From an uncultured Mycoplasmatota bacterium (GTDB taxonomy: Bacteria > Bacillota_I > Bacilli_A > RF39 > UBA660): a DNA stretch of 64,000 bases. A program made the translations under genes and the position numbers. The DNA lies in NCBI GenBank assembly GCA_946639185.1, contig CAMPBR010000002.1, forward strand, positions 1,097 through 65,096, read 5' to 3'. The notes below the pieces were generated by a model. That model did not search any database. It was given only the letters and a program-made list of their open reading frames with translations, and was not told where the DNA came from. This document shows, in pieces, positions 48,498-59,200 of this stretch. The number at the start of each line of letters is the position of its first letter. Position 1 is the stretch's first letter.

Positions 48498-50293
48498 TCG
48501 AAAAGGGGCAAAAAATTAATGATCGATATGAAATCATTAAGTCAATAGGTGAAGGTGGAATGGCTAATGTTTATTTAGCCTATGATACTATTTTGGATAG
48601 ACGTGTTGCGGTAAAGGTTTTAAGAGGAGATTTATCTAATGATGAAAAATTTGTTAGAAGATTTCAAAGAGAAGCTCTTTCAGCATCAAGTCTTTCTCAT
48701 CCTAATATAGTTGAAATGTATGATGTAGGTGAAGATAATGGAATATACTATATCATTATGGAATATATTGAGGGAAAAACATTAAAACAATTAATTAAAA
48801 AACGTGGGGCTTTAACTTTATCTGAAGCTATTGATATTATGCTTCAAATAACTGATGGTATAAGTGAGGCTCATAATAGTTATATTATTCATAGAGATTT
48901 AAAACCTCAAAATATTATGATTAAAGATGATGGTTCTATTAAAATTACTGATTTTGGTATTGCGATGGCACTTAATTCAACACAACTTACTCAAACTAAT
49001 TCAGTAATGGGTAGTGTTCATTATCTACCACCAGAACAAGCTAGTGGTAAGGGTTCTACTATTAGAAGTGATATTTATTCAATGGGTATTTTATTCTATG
49101 AACTTTTAACTGGTAATTTACCATTTAGAGGAGATAATGCTGTTGAAATAGCTTTAAAACAAATGCGTGATGAGATTCCTAGCGTTCGTAAAAAGAATCC
49201 ATCAATCCCACAAAGTGTGGAAAACGTTATTATAAAAGCTACAGCTAAAAATCCTAAAAATAGATATAGTGATAGTAAAGAAATGCATGCTGATTTATTA
49301 ACTGTACTTAATGATGATAGAATTAATGAAGAAAAGATTAAATTTAAATATCCAGAACATGAAGTAGAAGAAAATACTGCAGTTTTAGATGAAGTAAAAG
49401 AAAAAACTCAAGAAAAATTAAAAGAAGAAAAAGAAGTTTCCAAAGATGAAACTGAAGAAATAGATGAATTAATCTTTGATAAAGATGATAAACAAATAAA
49501 AAATACTAATAAGATAATTTTAGTATTAGCTATTATCTTCTCAGTTATAGTAATAGCTTTATTATCAATAGTTTTAATTATTCCTATATTTACTAAAGTT
49601 CCTGATGTTACAGTACCTGATGTTAGTGGATTAAGTGTTGTTAGCGCTGAAAAGAAACTTAAAAAAGCAGGATTTGAAGTGGCTTTAGAAACAGTAAAAG
49701 AAGAAAATGAAAAGGTTGAAAAAGGTAAAGTTATTAAGACTGAACCTCAAGCTGAAAGAACTATTAAAAAAGGAAGTACAATTACTATTTATGAATCTTT
49801 AGGTGAAGAAACTTACACTGTTGAAGATTATACTGGTAGTAATTATATTGAAATTAAAACTTTACTTGTTAATGTACATGGCTTAGATGTAAAAATTGAA
49901 GAAAAAGATGTTGATTCATCAACTAATTATGGTGAGCAAGAAATTATTGATCAAAGTGTTAAAGCTGGTACTGTTGTTGGAAAAGGAGATACTATAATTT
50001 TATATATTCCTAATGTACTTGAAACATATCCAGATATGGATGGATGGACTGTTAATGAAGTAGAAGATTTCTGTGCTAAATATGAATTAAAATGTACAAT
50101 TAAGTATGAAGAAACAACTGATTTTGAAGAAGGTGCTTTAATTTCACAATCTAGAACTATGAAAGATATAATAGCTAAGGGAGCAACATTTGTTGTTAAA
50201 TTTGCTAAGAAACCAACAACTTCTACTGATAAAACTGATAATATATCCGGACCAGTAGAAGAGGAAACTAATAAAAGTAAAACTACTCAATAA
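48494..50293 (+). CDS. prkC: Ser/Thr protein kinase with C-terminal PASTA repeats
   Basis: Hanks kinase motifs are present (GEGGMANVY, HRDLKPQN, DFGIA), followed by a TM helix and three PASTA-like repeats. Confidence 0.88.
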   Translation: MIEKGQKINDRYEIIKSIGEGGMANVYLAYDTILDRRVAVKVLRGDLSNDEKFVRRFQREALSASSLSHPNIVEMYDVGEDNGIYYIIMEYIEGKTLKQLIKKRGALTLSEAIDIMLQITDGISEAHNSYIIHRDLKPQNIMIKDDGSIKITDFGIAMALNSTQLTQTNSVMGSVHYLPPEQASGKGSTIRSDIYSMGILFYELLTGNLPFRGDNAVEIALKQMRDEIPSVRKKNPSIPQSVENVIIKATAKNPKNRYSDSKEMHADLLTVLNDDRINEEKIKFKYPEHEVEENTAVLDEVKEKTQEKLKEEKEVSKDETEEIDELIFDKDDKQIKNTNKIILVLAIIFSVIVIALLSIVLIIPIFTKVPDVTVPDVSGLSVVSAEKKLKKAGFEVALETVKEENEKVEKGKVIKTEPQAERTIKKGSTITIYESLGEETYTVEDYTGSNYIEIKTLLVNVHGLDVKIEEKDVDSSTNYGEQEIIDQSVKAGTVVGKGDTIILYIPNVLETYPDMDGWTVNEVEDFCAKYELKCTIKYEETTDFEEGALISQSRTMKDIIAKGATFVVKFAKKPTTSTDKTDNISGPVEEETNKSKTTQ

Positions 50294-50310
50294 TAATATT
50301 AGGGGGTATT

Positions 50311-51144
50311 ATGGAAGGACAGATTGTTAAGATATTAAGTAATTTATATACTGTTAATTCTAATGGGAAAGATTATCTTTGCCATGTTAGAGGAAGATTT
50401 CGTAATGATAAAATCACGCCAACTGTAGGTGATTATGTAAAGTTTGATGTAGAAAACTGTTATATAATGGAAATTCTTCCTCGCAAAAATACTCTTTTAA
50501 GACCATTAGTATCTAATATTGATAGATGTATTATTGTTACTAGTTGTAAGAAACCTGATTTTAGTTCTAATTTACTTGATAAATTAATAGTTGTCTTAGA
50601 ATATAATAATATCGAGCCTGTTATTTGTTTTACTAAATTAGATTTATTAAATGATAGTGAATTAAAAGAAATTAATATTATTAGAGATTATTATACTAGT
50701 ATTGGTTATATTGTTTTAGATAATCAAAATATAGAAGAAGTAAAAGAAATATTAAAGAATAAGACTGTTGCTTTAACTGGTCAAACAGGAGCTGGTAAGT
50801 CTTCTTTAATAAATAAACTTGATCCTAATTTAAAGTTAGAAACAGGTGAAATATCCATTGCTCTTGGAAGAGGGAAACATACAACTCGTCATGTTGAACT
50901 TATAGAAATGTTTGGAGGTAAAATACTTGATACTCCAGGTTTTTCTTCTATTGATTTAAATAGTTTGACCAAAGAAGATATTAAGAATGGATTTATTGAA
51001 TTTAGTAATTTTAACTGTTTATATAGTGATTGTATGCATATAAGAGAATCAGAATGTAAAGTTATAGAAGCAGTTAAAAATGGTGAAATATTAGAAAGTA
51101 GATATGAAAACTATAAAAAGTTTATAAATCCTGATGGGAGGTAA
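50311..51144 (+). CDS. rsgA: Ribosome small-subunit biogenesis GTPase RsgA (CpgA)
   Basis: A circularly permuted GTPase carrying TKLDL and GQTGAGKSSLIN, with a C-terminal zinc-binding Cys/His cluster (CLYSDCMHIRESEC). Confidence 0.85.
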   Translation: MEGQIVKILSNLYTVNSNGKDYLCHVRGRFRNDKITPTVGDYVKFDVENCYIMEILPRKNTLLRPLVSNIDRCIIVTSCKKPDFSSNLLDKLIVVLEYNNIEPVICFTKLDLLNDSELKEINIIRDYYTSIGYIVLDNQNIEEVKEILKNKTVALTGQTGAGKSSLINKLDPNLKLETGEISIALGRGKHTTRHVELIEMFGGKILDTPGFSSIDLNSLTKEDIKNGFIEFSNFNCLYSDCMHIRESECKVIEAVKNGEILESRYENYKKFINPDGR

Positions 51145-51146
51145 AC

Positions 51147-51776
51147 ATGAAAATTTCAACTTCTTTTTTATCTTGTAAGAATTTAGAAAAGGGTATAAAA
51201 GAACTTAATTTTACGGATACAGATTATATTCATGTTGATTTTATAGATGGTAAGTTTGTTGTTGGTAAGACTATTCCTTTTAGAAAACTAAAGAAAATTC
51301 CAAAACTTTCTTCTAAAAGATTAGATGTTCATTTAATGACTGATAAACTTGATAAATATATAAAAAAGTTTTCAATACTTAATTGTGAATATATTACTTT
51401 TCATGTAGAAGCAACAAAACAAGTAGAAAAATATATTAGTATGATTCATAGTTATGGTATTAAATGTGGATTAGCTATTAATCCTAGTACTAGTATTGAA
51501 GAAGTTATTCCATATCTTGATATGGTTGATTTAGTATTAGTTATGAGTGTAGTACCTGGATATGGTGGTCAAAGCTTTATAGAAGAAACTACTAATAAAT
51601 TATTAGAATTAAAAAAATATATCCAAAAGGAAAAATTAGACATTATTATTAATGTCGATGGTGGCATTAATAATGAAACTATTGGTAAAGTAAAAGATTA
51701 TGTTGATATGGTTGTATCAGGATCTTATATTACTAATAGTAGTAATTATCAAGAAAAAATAGATACTTTAAGATAA
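51147..51776 (+). CDS. rpe: Ribulose-phosphate 3-epimerase
   Basis: ISTSFLS ... HVDFIDGKFV ... VDLVLVMSVVPGYGGQ are RPE signatures. Confidence 0.85.
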   Translation: MKISTSFLSCKNLEKGIKELNFTDTDYIHVDFIDGKFVVGKTIPFRKLKKIPKLSSKRLDVHLMTDKLDKYIKKFSILNCEYITFHVEATKQVEKYISMIHSYGIKCGLAINPSTSIEEVIPYLDMVDLVLVMSVVPGYGGQSFIEETTNKLLELKKYIQKEKLDIIINVDGGINNETIGKVKDYVDMVVSGSYITNSSNYQEKIDTLR

Positions 51777-51808
51777 GTATCTATTTTTTTATAAAAAAAA
51801 ATAAGTGA

Positions 51809-52000
51809 TTATTCACTTACTTCTTCTATTTTTTCACTTTTTCTAGCTGTTCTTAATTCTCTTGCACTAACTCTAACTTTAGTTCCATCTTCTAATCTAA
51901 CTACTTGAAGATTAACTCCTTGTTTTTTACGAGTAGCGTTTAAAGCATGAGAACGTTTGTTACCGAATAAAGGTTTTCTATTTGTAGCTTTAACTGCCAT
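51809..52000 (-). CDS. rpmB: 50S ribosomal protein L28
   Basis: MAVKATNRKPLFGNKRSHALNATRKK... I trimmed the ORF to the conserved Met; the ORF track extends a further 8 codons upstream. Confidence 0.85.
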   Translation of the reverse strand: MAVKATNRKPLFGNKRSHALNATRKKQGVNLQVVRLEDGTKVRVSARELRTARKSEKIEEVSE

Positions 52001-52188
52001 TTTATTCCCTCCTTTGATATGCATATCAACTTGCTCTTATAACTTTACCATAAAAAGTCATTTAAGTCAAACATTTAAGTAAAAAAATTAAATTTGTTGA
52101 ATTTTTGATATTAATAGAAAATACTAGTAGAATAAAGATATTTTATTTATTGAAAATTAATTTTTCTATTCTTTTTTACCTTTAATAT

Positions 52189-52262
52189 TTGAAAATGGTG
52201 ATTTGTTTATAAATTTATTGTGTGTTATAGTGTCGTTACTGGAGGAAAAAAATATGGATTTT
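52189..52262 (+). promoter_or_regulatory. Copy A of a duplicated promoter/leader element: -35 TTGTTT, a 17-nt spacer, an extended -10 TGtTATAGT, a 22-nt leader and a GGAGG SD, followed by the 13-codon mini-ORF MDFYGKIKSELLY (52254..52295) ahead of dnaE
   Basis: About 75% identical over ~70 nt to 61151..61216. The -35/-10 geometry and the leader ACTGGAGGAAAAA-ATATG are shared between the two copies. Confidence 0.5.
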
Positions 52263-52373
52263 TATGGAAAAATAAAAAGTGAATTATTATATTGATAAAA
52301 ATATTTGTAGAAGTATGTATATTCTAGTGTAATTTAGGTATTTTGTGTTAAAATATAAATAGGGAGGGATATT

Positions 52374-55310
52374 ATGTATACACCACTATATGTTAAAACT
52401 AATTATTCACTATTATCTAGTTTAATAACAGTAGATAAATATATAGAATATAGTAAAAAGCATAATATCAAATCTCTTGCTATAACAGATAATAATATGT
52501 TTCTAACAATGGAATTTTATAAAAAATGTATAAATAATAATATAAAACCAATTATCGGATTAGAACTTAATATAAATGATAAAATATTGGTTATATATGC
52601 TAAAGATTATATAGGTTATCAAACTTTAATTAAACTATCTACTATTCAAGAATCAAGAAAAGTAGAAATAGACGATATAAAGACTTATCATAATAATATA
52701 ATTGGAGTTGTTCCATTTATTTATAATGATTTATATAATTCTTTATTTAATATCATAGAAGATTTATATATAGGGTATAGTAATAAACAAGAAGAAAGGG
52801 AAGCTAGTCTTTTTTGTAAAAAAATAGTTTTCTTTAGAAAAAATTTATATATAGAAGAATCTGATAAAGAATTTTTAAAATATTTATATATGATTCGCGA
52901 TGGTAAGACTATTTTAGATGATACTAATTATATGGTAGATGATTATTATTTAGATATACCTGATATTTATTTATATACTAGTAATGAAAATTTATTTAAT
53001 ACTGATAGAATTGCCAGCAAATGTAATTTAGAATTTCCTAAAAGTGAATTATTATTACCAATATATTCAGAAACTAATGGATTATCTAGTTTTGATTATT
53101 TAAAAGGATTGTCTTCTTTTGGACTTAATAAAAGACTTAATGGCATGGTTAGAGAAAGATATATTAATCGTTTAAATTATGAACTTGATATTATTAATAA
53201 GATGGGATTTTCTAATTATTTTTTAGTTGTTTATGATTTTATTAGATATGCAAAAAAGAATAAGATTTTAGTTGGACCAGGAAGAGGTAGTGGAGCTGGA
53301 TCTTTAGTATGTTATTCTTTAGGTATTACGGATATTGATCCTTTAAAGTATGATTTATTATTTGAAAGATTTTTAAATCCAGAACGTGTTACTATGCCTG
53401 ATATTGATACTGACTTTCCAGACAAATATCGTGATCAAGTAATAAATTATGTTGTAGATAAATATGGAAAAAAGCGTGTAAGTGGAATAGTTACTTTTGG
53501 TACTCTTGCTGCTAAACAAGCATTACGTGATACAGCCAGAGTTTTAAATATTCCTTCTTATCAAGTTGATTTAGTTACTAAGAGGATTCCTACATTTACT
53601 AAGTTAAAACTATCTGATTTTTATAATAATGATAAAGAATTTGCTAGTCTTATTGATAGTGATTCTAAACTTAAATTAATGTTTAAAGTGGCTTCATTTA
53701 TTGAAGGATATCCAAGGCATACTTCAAGTCATGCAGCTGGTATTATTATGTCTAAAAAAGATTTAGATGAAGTTATTCCATTAACTATTTCAGATGGTAT
53801 GTACTTATCTGGATATACTATGGAATATTTAGAAGAATTAGGTCTTTTAAAAATGGATTTCTTAGGATTAAAAACTTTAACTACAATTATGAATATTATT
53901 TCTGATATAAAGAAAAATGAAGGAGTAGATATTGATTTTAATAAGATACCTCTTGATGATAAAAATGTATTAGAATTATTTAGTAAAGCACTAACAGTAG
54001 GTATATTCCAATTTGAAAGTGAAGGAATGAAAAATTTCTTAAGAAAATTAAAGCCTAATAGTTTTGAAGATATTTTTGCTGCTATTGCGTTATTTAGACC
54101 AGGACCAGCGGATAATATTGATACTTATATTAGAAGAAAATATGGAAAAGAAAAAATTGATTATATTGATCCATCATTAGAACCAATTTTAAAGAATACT
54201 TATGGTATTATTATTTATCAGGAACAAATTATGCAGATTGCTGTTAAATTAGCTAATTATAGTTTGGGAGAAGCTGATATCTTAAGAAGAGCTATGAGTA
54301 AAAAGAAAAAAGATATTTTAATTAAAGAAGAAGAAAAGTTTATTTACCGTAGTTGTGAAAATGGATATAGTAGAGAAGTAGCTAAAAAAGTATATGATTT
54401 AATACTTAAATTTGCGGGATATGGATTTAATAGAAGTCACTCTGTTGCTTATTCGATGGTAGCTTATAAAATGGCATATTTAAAATATTATTATCCTAAA
54501 TATTTTTATGCAAGTTTACTTTCTTCAGTAATAGGAGCTACTATAAAAGAAAGTGATTATATAAGAGAAGCTAAGATTAGCGGAATCAGTATATTAAAAC
54601 CAGATATTAATAAAAGTGGAGTAAATTATACAGTATCCAAAGAAGGCATCTATTATCCAATAACTGGTATTAATGGAATTGGCAGTATTATAGGAAAACA
54701 AATAGTTGATAATAAGAATGGCACTTATACTGATATTTTTGACTTTTTAATTAAGAATAGTAATGTTAATAAAAAGGTATTGGAATCATTAATAATGGCT
54801 GGATGCTTTGATAGTTTTAAACTTACTAGAAAAACATTAATGGAAAATTTAGATGAACTTCTTAATTATCAAGAATTAGTTAGTACGTTGGATAAAGATT
54901 TTGTTTTAAAACCAGAACTTGAAAATATGCAAGAATATACTAATGATGAACTTATAGGAATAGAAAAAGAATTATTTGGTTTTTATTTAAGTAATCATCC
55001 AGTGGCTAATTATAAAGCTAAATTCGATAATATAATTTCTTTAGAAGAAGTACCAAATTATTTTAATAAGAACATAAATTGTGTAGTATTAGTTGAAAAA
55101 GTAAAGACTATAAATACTAAAAAGGGTGATACTATGATGTTCTTAGATGGTAGTGATGAATACTTAAAAAGAGATTTTACTTTGTTTCCTAAAATTTATC
55201 AAAAATATAAGAATATTAGAGTAGGAGATATAGTAAAAATAAGTGGAAAAGTAGAAAGAAGATATGATGCTTATCAAATAATAGTAGATACTATTGAAAA
55301 ATTAAATTAA
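52374..55310 (+). CDS. dnaE: DNA polymerase III alpha subunit, DnaE-type (compact, 978 aa)
   Basis: N-terminal PHP domain. The PolIIIA signature GPGRGSGAGSLVCYSLGITDIDPL...ERFLNPERVTMPDIDTDF is present, with an OB fold at the C-terminus. Confidence 0.87.
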   Translation: MYTPLYVKTNYSLLSSLITVDKYIEYSKKHNIKSLAITDNNMFLTMEFYKKCINNNIKPIIGLELNINDKILVIYAKDYIGYQTLIKLSTIQESRKVEIDDIKTYHNNIIGVVPFIYNDLYNSLFNIIEDLYIGYSNKQEEREASLFCKKIVFFRKNLYIEESDKEFLKYLYMIRDGKTILDDTNYMVDDYYLDIPDIYLYTSNENLFNTDRIASKCNLEFPKSELLLPIYSETNGLSSFDYLKGLSSFGLNKRLNGMVRERYINRLNYELDIINKMGFSNYFLVVYDFIRYAKKNKILVGPGRGSGAGSLVCYSLGITDIDPLKYDLLFERFLNPERVTMPDIDTDFPDKYRDQVINYVVDKYGKKRVSGIVTFGTLAAKQALRDTARVLNIPSYQVDLVTKRIPTFTKLKLSDFYNNDKEFASLIDSDSKLKLMFKVASFIEGYPRHTSSHAAGIIMSKKDLDEVIPLTISDGMYLSGYTMEYLEELGLLKMDFLGLKTLTTIMNIISDIKKNEGVDIDFNKIPLDDKNVLELFSKALTVGIFQFESEGMKNFLRKLKPNSFEDIFAAIALFRPGPADNIDTYIRRKYGKEKIDYIDPSLEPILKNTYGIIIYQEQIMQIAVKLANYSLGEADILRRAMSKKKKDILIKEEEKFIYRSCENGYSREVAKKVYDLILKFAGYGFNRSHSVAYSMVAYKMAYLKYYYPKYFYASLLSSVIGATIKESDYIREAKISGISILKPDINKSGVNYTVSKEGIYYPITGINGIGSIIGKQIVDNKNGTYTDIFDFLIKNSNVNKKVLESLIMAGCFDSFKLTRKTLMENLDELLNYQELVSTLDKDFVLKPELENMQEYTNDELIGIEKELFGFYLSNHPVANYKAKFDNIISLEEVPNYFNKNINCVVLVEKVKTINTKKGDTMMFLDGSDEYLKRDFTLFPKIYQKYKNIRVGDIVKISGKVERRYDAYQIIVDTIEKLN

Positions 55311-55376
55311 TGGTTGAAAAAGCTTCAAATACTATATTATTTATGATATATTATTTAAAGAAAAGGTAGTGGTAGT

Positions 55377-56207
55377 ATGCGACTTCATTTTAAAACAAAT
55401 GATTATTTACTTACTTGGAATTTATTATATGGGGCTTCATTTTCACAATCTGTTCATAATTTTAAAACTAAGCTATATAAAACTCATAAGAGACAATATA
55501 AAAGTATCCAAAAAGATATGAAGGAAATGTTATCGGATATAAAGAATTTTATACCTGATGATGAAACTTTATATAATTATGTTTTCGAGACAGAATTATT
55601 TGTAAGACTTAAAGAAGATACAGATAGACATAGATTAGAACTTTTAAAAATTTGGGATCAAAATAAGAAAGCAGCTAACGATATATTAAAACAAATTTTA
55701 AAATTGAATTTTAAAGAAGATTATAGTGTAGTAGTACTTCATCCAGTTATGGATACAGTATTAGTAGAAAAAGGAAGTACTACTATTGGGTGGGGTACTA
55801 AAAAAGATTTAGTTGATCCTTTAATGACATTAACTAATATAGTTTATACTGTAGTAAAAAATGAAACACATTTTTTTGAAAAGAAATATAAGGATATAGT
55901 TAATGCTGTTTTAGAACTTGCTATAGGTAATGAATTCTATGCAAGATTATCTGGTAAAAGTGCTTATTTAAAAGGAGATAATTCTTTAACATATTTAAAA
56001 AGGCAAATTTATCCATATTGGTTAATGTATTTAGGATGTGAAAAAGAAGATTTTACAAGTTATATGATGCGTGATAAAGTTTCATTTGATATAGATAAAT
56101 ATAAAGTGGAAAAAGAATTAAGAAATTTAAATTTATTAGAATTTATAGAATTTTGTATTCAAAATCAATTTAAAATAATACGTATAAATCAATTAGAGAT
56201 TATTTAA
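55377..56207 (+). CDS. Hypothetical protein (276 aa) encoded between dnaE and polC
   Basis: SD aaaaggtagtggtagtATG. No motif. A terminator-like hairpin follows. Confidence 0.42.
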   Translation: MRLHFKTNDYLLTWNLLYGASFSQSVHNFKTKLYKTHKRQYKSIQKDMKEMLSDIKNFIPDDETLYNYVFETELFVRLKEDTDRHRLELLKIWDQNKKAANDILKQILKLNFKEDYSVVVLHPVMDTVLVEKGSTTIGWGTKKDLVDPLMTLTNIVYTVVKNETHFFEKKYKDIVNAVLELAIGNEFYARLSGKSAYLKGDNSLTYLKRQIYPYWLMYLGCEKEDFTSYMMRDKVSFDIDKYKVEKELRNLNLLEFIEFCIQNQFKIIRINQLEII

Positions 56208-56240
56208 TAGATTTCATTATTGAAATCTATTTTAATTAGG
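56208..56240 (+). terminator. Hairpin and T-rich tract, probably a weak terminator
   Basis: Stem atagatttca/tgaaatctat followed by TTTAATT. Confidence 0.35.
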
Positions 56241-56250
56241 GGGTGATGAC

Positions 56251-59200
56251 ATGAAGGAAGACAAGATAAAAATCCTATTTGAACAGATTAATCTAGATAG
56301 TGAAACAAAAGAAAAATTAAAAGATATGTCTTTAGATAAAGTAAAAGTAAATGAAAAAAATGCTACTTGGACTTTTGTTTTAAAAAATGATAGTATTCTT
56401 GATATAGAAGATTATATAAAGTTAGAAGAATTAGGAAATCATGCTTTTAAAAATATAAAGAAAGTTTATTTTGAAATAGTACCTAAATGTAAAGATTTAA
56501 CAAAATTACAAGATTATTATAATTATGCTTTAGCTAAATTAAAAAATGTATTAATATTTTCTGATATATTTAATAATAGATTAGATGTACATAATATGAC
56601 TGTAGAAGTAGTTAATATAGAAGAAGAAAAACAATTAAAAGAGATACTTCCTAAAATTAATTCTTTACTTAATTTATATGGTTTTGATGTATCACTTACT
56701 ATCTATTTAAATATGGATGATAATGATATAAAAGATATTATTAATAAAGATTTAAGAGAAGCTACTAAGAATGTAGTTGTTACTACTCCTAGTGAAACAT
56801 TAAGTGAAAAGAAAGATTTTACTAAGTTTAAAAGAAGACCTAAAATTGAAGATGATAAAGAAAATCCTAATGTAGTAGTTGGAAGAGTAATAGAAACTAC
56901 TCCAACTAGTATTAAAAACTTAGTAGGTGAACAAGATGATGTAACTGTAGAAGGTTATGTGTTTGGAATTGATTATTTTGAATCTACTAAGAGTGATTTT
57001 AGAATTATAACTTTAAAGATTACTGATTATACTGATAGTATTTATTGTAAAGTTTTCTGTAAGGGCAATGAAATTTATGGTGAAAGAAAGAAAGCTTTAA
57101 AAGAAAAGAAATGGTATGTTATTCGTGGAGATATAAAGAAAGATCAATGGTCTAATTTTGAAGAAGTATTAAATGTTACTGATATTAATATCTTAGAAAG
57201 AAGCGAAGAAAAAAGAGTAGACAATGCTCCTATAAAAAGAGTTGAACTACATGCTCATACTATGATGAGTCAAATGGATGGTATTACTAAACTTGATTTA
57301 GGTAAACATACATGTGAACTTGTTGAAAGATGTATAGATATGGGTTATAGAGGAGTTGCTATTACTGATCATAATGGATGTCAAGCTTTTCCTATTTCGT
57401 TTGGTATTATAAAAGGATATAATAAAAAAGTTAGAGGTAAGATTAAAGATAAAATAGTAGAACTTGAATCTACTTTAAGTGAATTAACTGATGAAGAAGA
57501 AAAGAAAAAAGTAGAAGAAGAGTTAGAATTAAAAAAAGAAGAATTAAAAAATCCACCTATATTTAAAGGGTTATATGGGACTGAGTTAACGTTAGTAGAT
57601 GATACAGTAAATATTGTTGTTAGACCAACTGAAGATAGTTTAATTGATTCTACTTATGTTGTATTCGATACTGAAACTACTGGTTTTAATGCTGGTGGTG
57701 CTGACCAGATGATTGAAATTGGTGCTGTTAAACTTAAGAACGGTGAAATAATAGATAGATTTGATGAGTTAATTGATCCTAAACGTCATATTCCAGATAA
57801 GATTACTGAACTTACTTTAATTAGTGATGATATGGTTAAAGGATGTAGAAGTGAAGAGGAAGTTACTAAAAGCTTCATGGAATGGACTGGTAATTTACCA
57901 ATGGTTGCTCATAATGCAAAGTTTGATATTTCATTTATTTCTAGCGCTATGAAAAAATATAATCTTGGTGAATTTACTAATACAGTAGTAGATACATTAG
58001 AATTATCTAGAACACTAGATCAAGGTTATGCGAGACATAGTTTATCAGCTTTAGTAAAAAGATATGATGTACCTTGGGATGAAGAATCTCATCATAGAGC
58101 AGATTACGATGCTGAAGGAACTGCTTTAGTTTTTGCTAAAATGTTAAAGAAGTTAGAAATGCAAAAGTTTGAAAAGATTACTGATTTAGATAAGTTAATA
58201 TCTAAAGATGAAATCCACAAGTTTGGTAGAACTTTCCATTTCAATGCTATAGCTTTAAATAAAACCGGTTTAAAAAATTTATTTACAATTATATCTTTAG
58301 CTAATACAGTTTATTTATATAAGACTCCTAGAATTCTTCGTAGTAAGCTTCAAGAATTAAGAGAAGGCTTATTAATAGGTAGTGGATGTTATGAATCTGA
58401 AGTATTTAATGAAGCTAGAAGTAAAGAAGGAGAAGAATTAACTAATATTATTAATTTCTATGATTATGTTGAAGTTCAACCACCAGAAGTATATGATCAC
58501 CTACTTCAAACTGGAGACTTTAAAGACAAAGAAGAATTACAGAATCATATTAAAAAAATAATAGATGAAACAATGGCAGCTGGTAAGATTATAGTAGCAA
58601 CAGGAGACGTGCATCATTTTGATCCTGAAGATAAGATTTATCGTAAGATAATAGTTAATCAAAAAGTACCTGGTGGTGGAAGACACCCACTTGCTAAAAA
58701 GGATATTACGGAAATACCTAGTCAACATTTTAGAACTACAGAAGAAATGTTAGAAAACTTTAATTTCTTAGATAAAGATTTAGCTTATAAAATAGTTGTT
58801 GAAAATACTAATAAAGTACTTGATATGGTAGAAGAAATTGAAGTTATTCCTGATACTGGTGGAACACCATTTTCTCCTCGTGTAAAGGCAGATGATGGAG
58901 AAACTTATCTTGATTGTCCTAGAGTAGTAACAGATCTTGTTTATACAAGAGCTAAAGATTGGTATGGAGAACCACTTCCATATTCAATAGAAGAGCGAAT
59001 TGCTACTGAGTTATATGGAGATATCGTTTTAACATCTGTTAAATATAATCTTGGTAGTGATGCTAAAAAAGAAGATATATTTAAAAAACTTCATGACGTA
59101 ATTGTTGCTGGTAAAGATTCTGTTAATAATTATGTTAAAGATTATTTAAAGAAAACTAGTGAAGAAGAACTTGATGATAAAGCATTAGAAACTAAGTTAA

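Noticed and set aside
58537-58728. 63-aa minus-strand ORF inside polC
   Set aside because: Antisense shadow.
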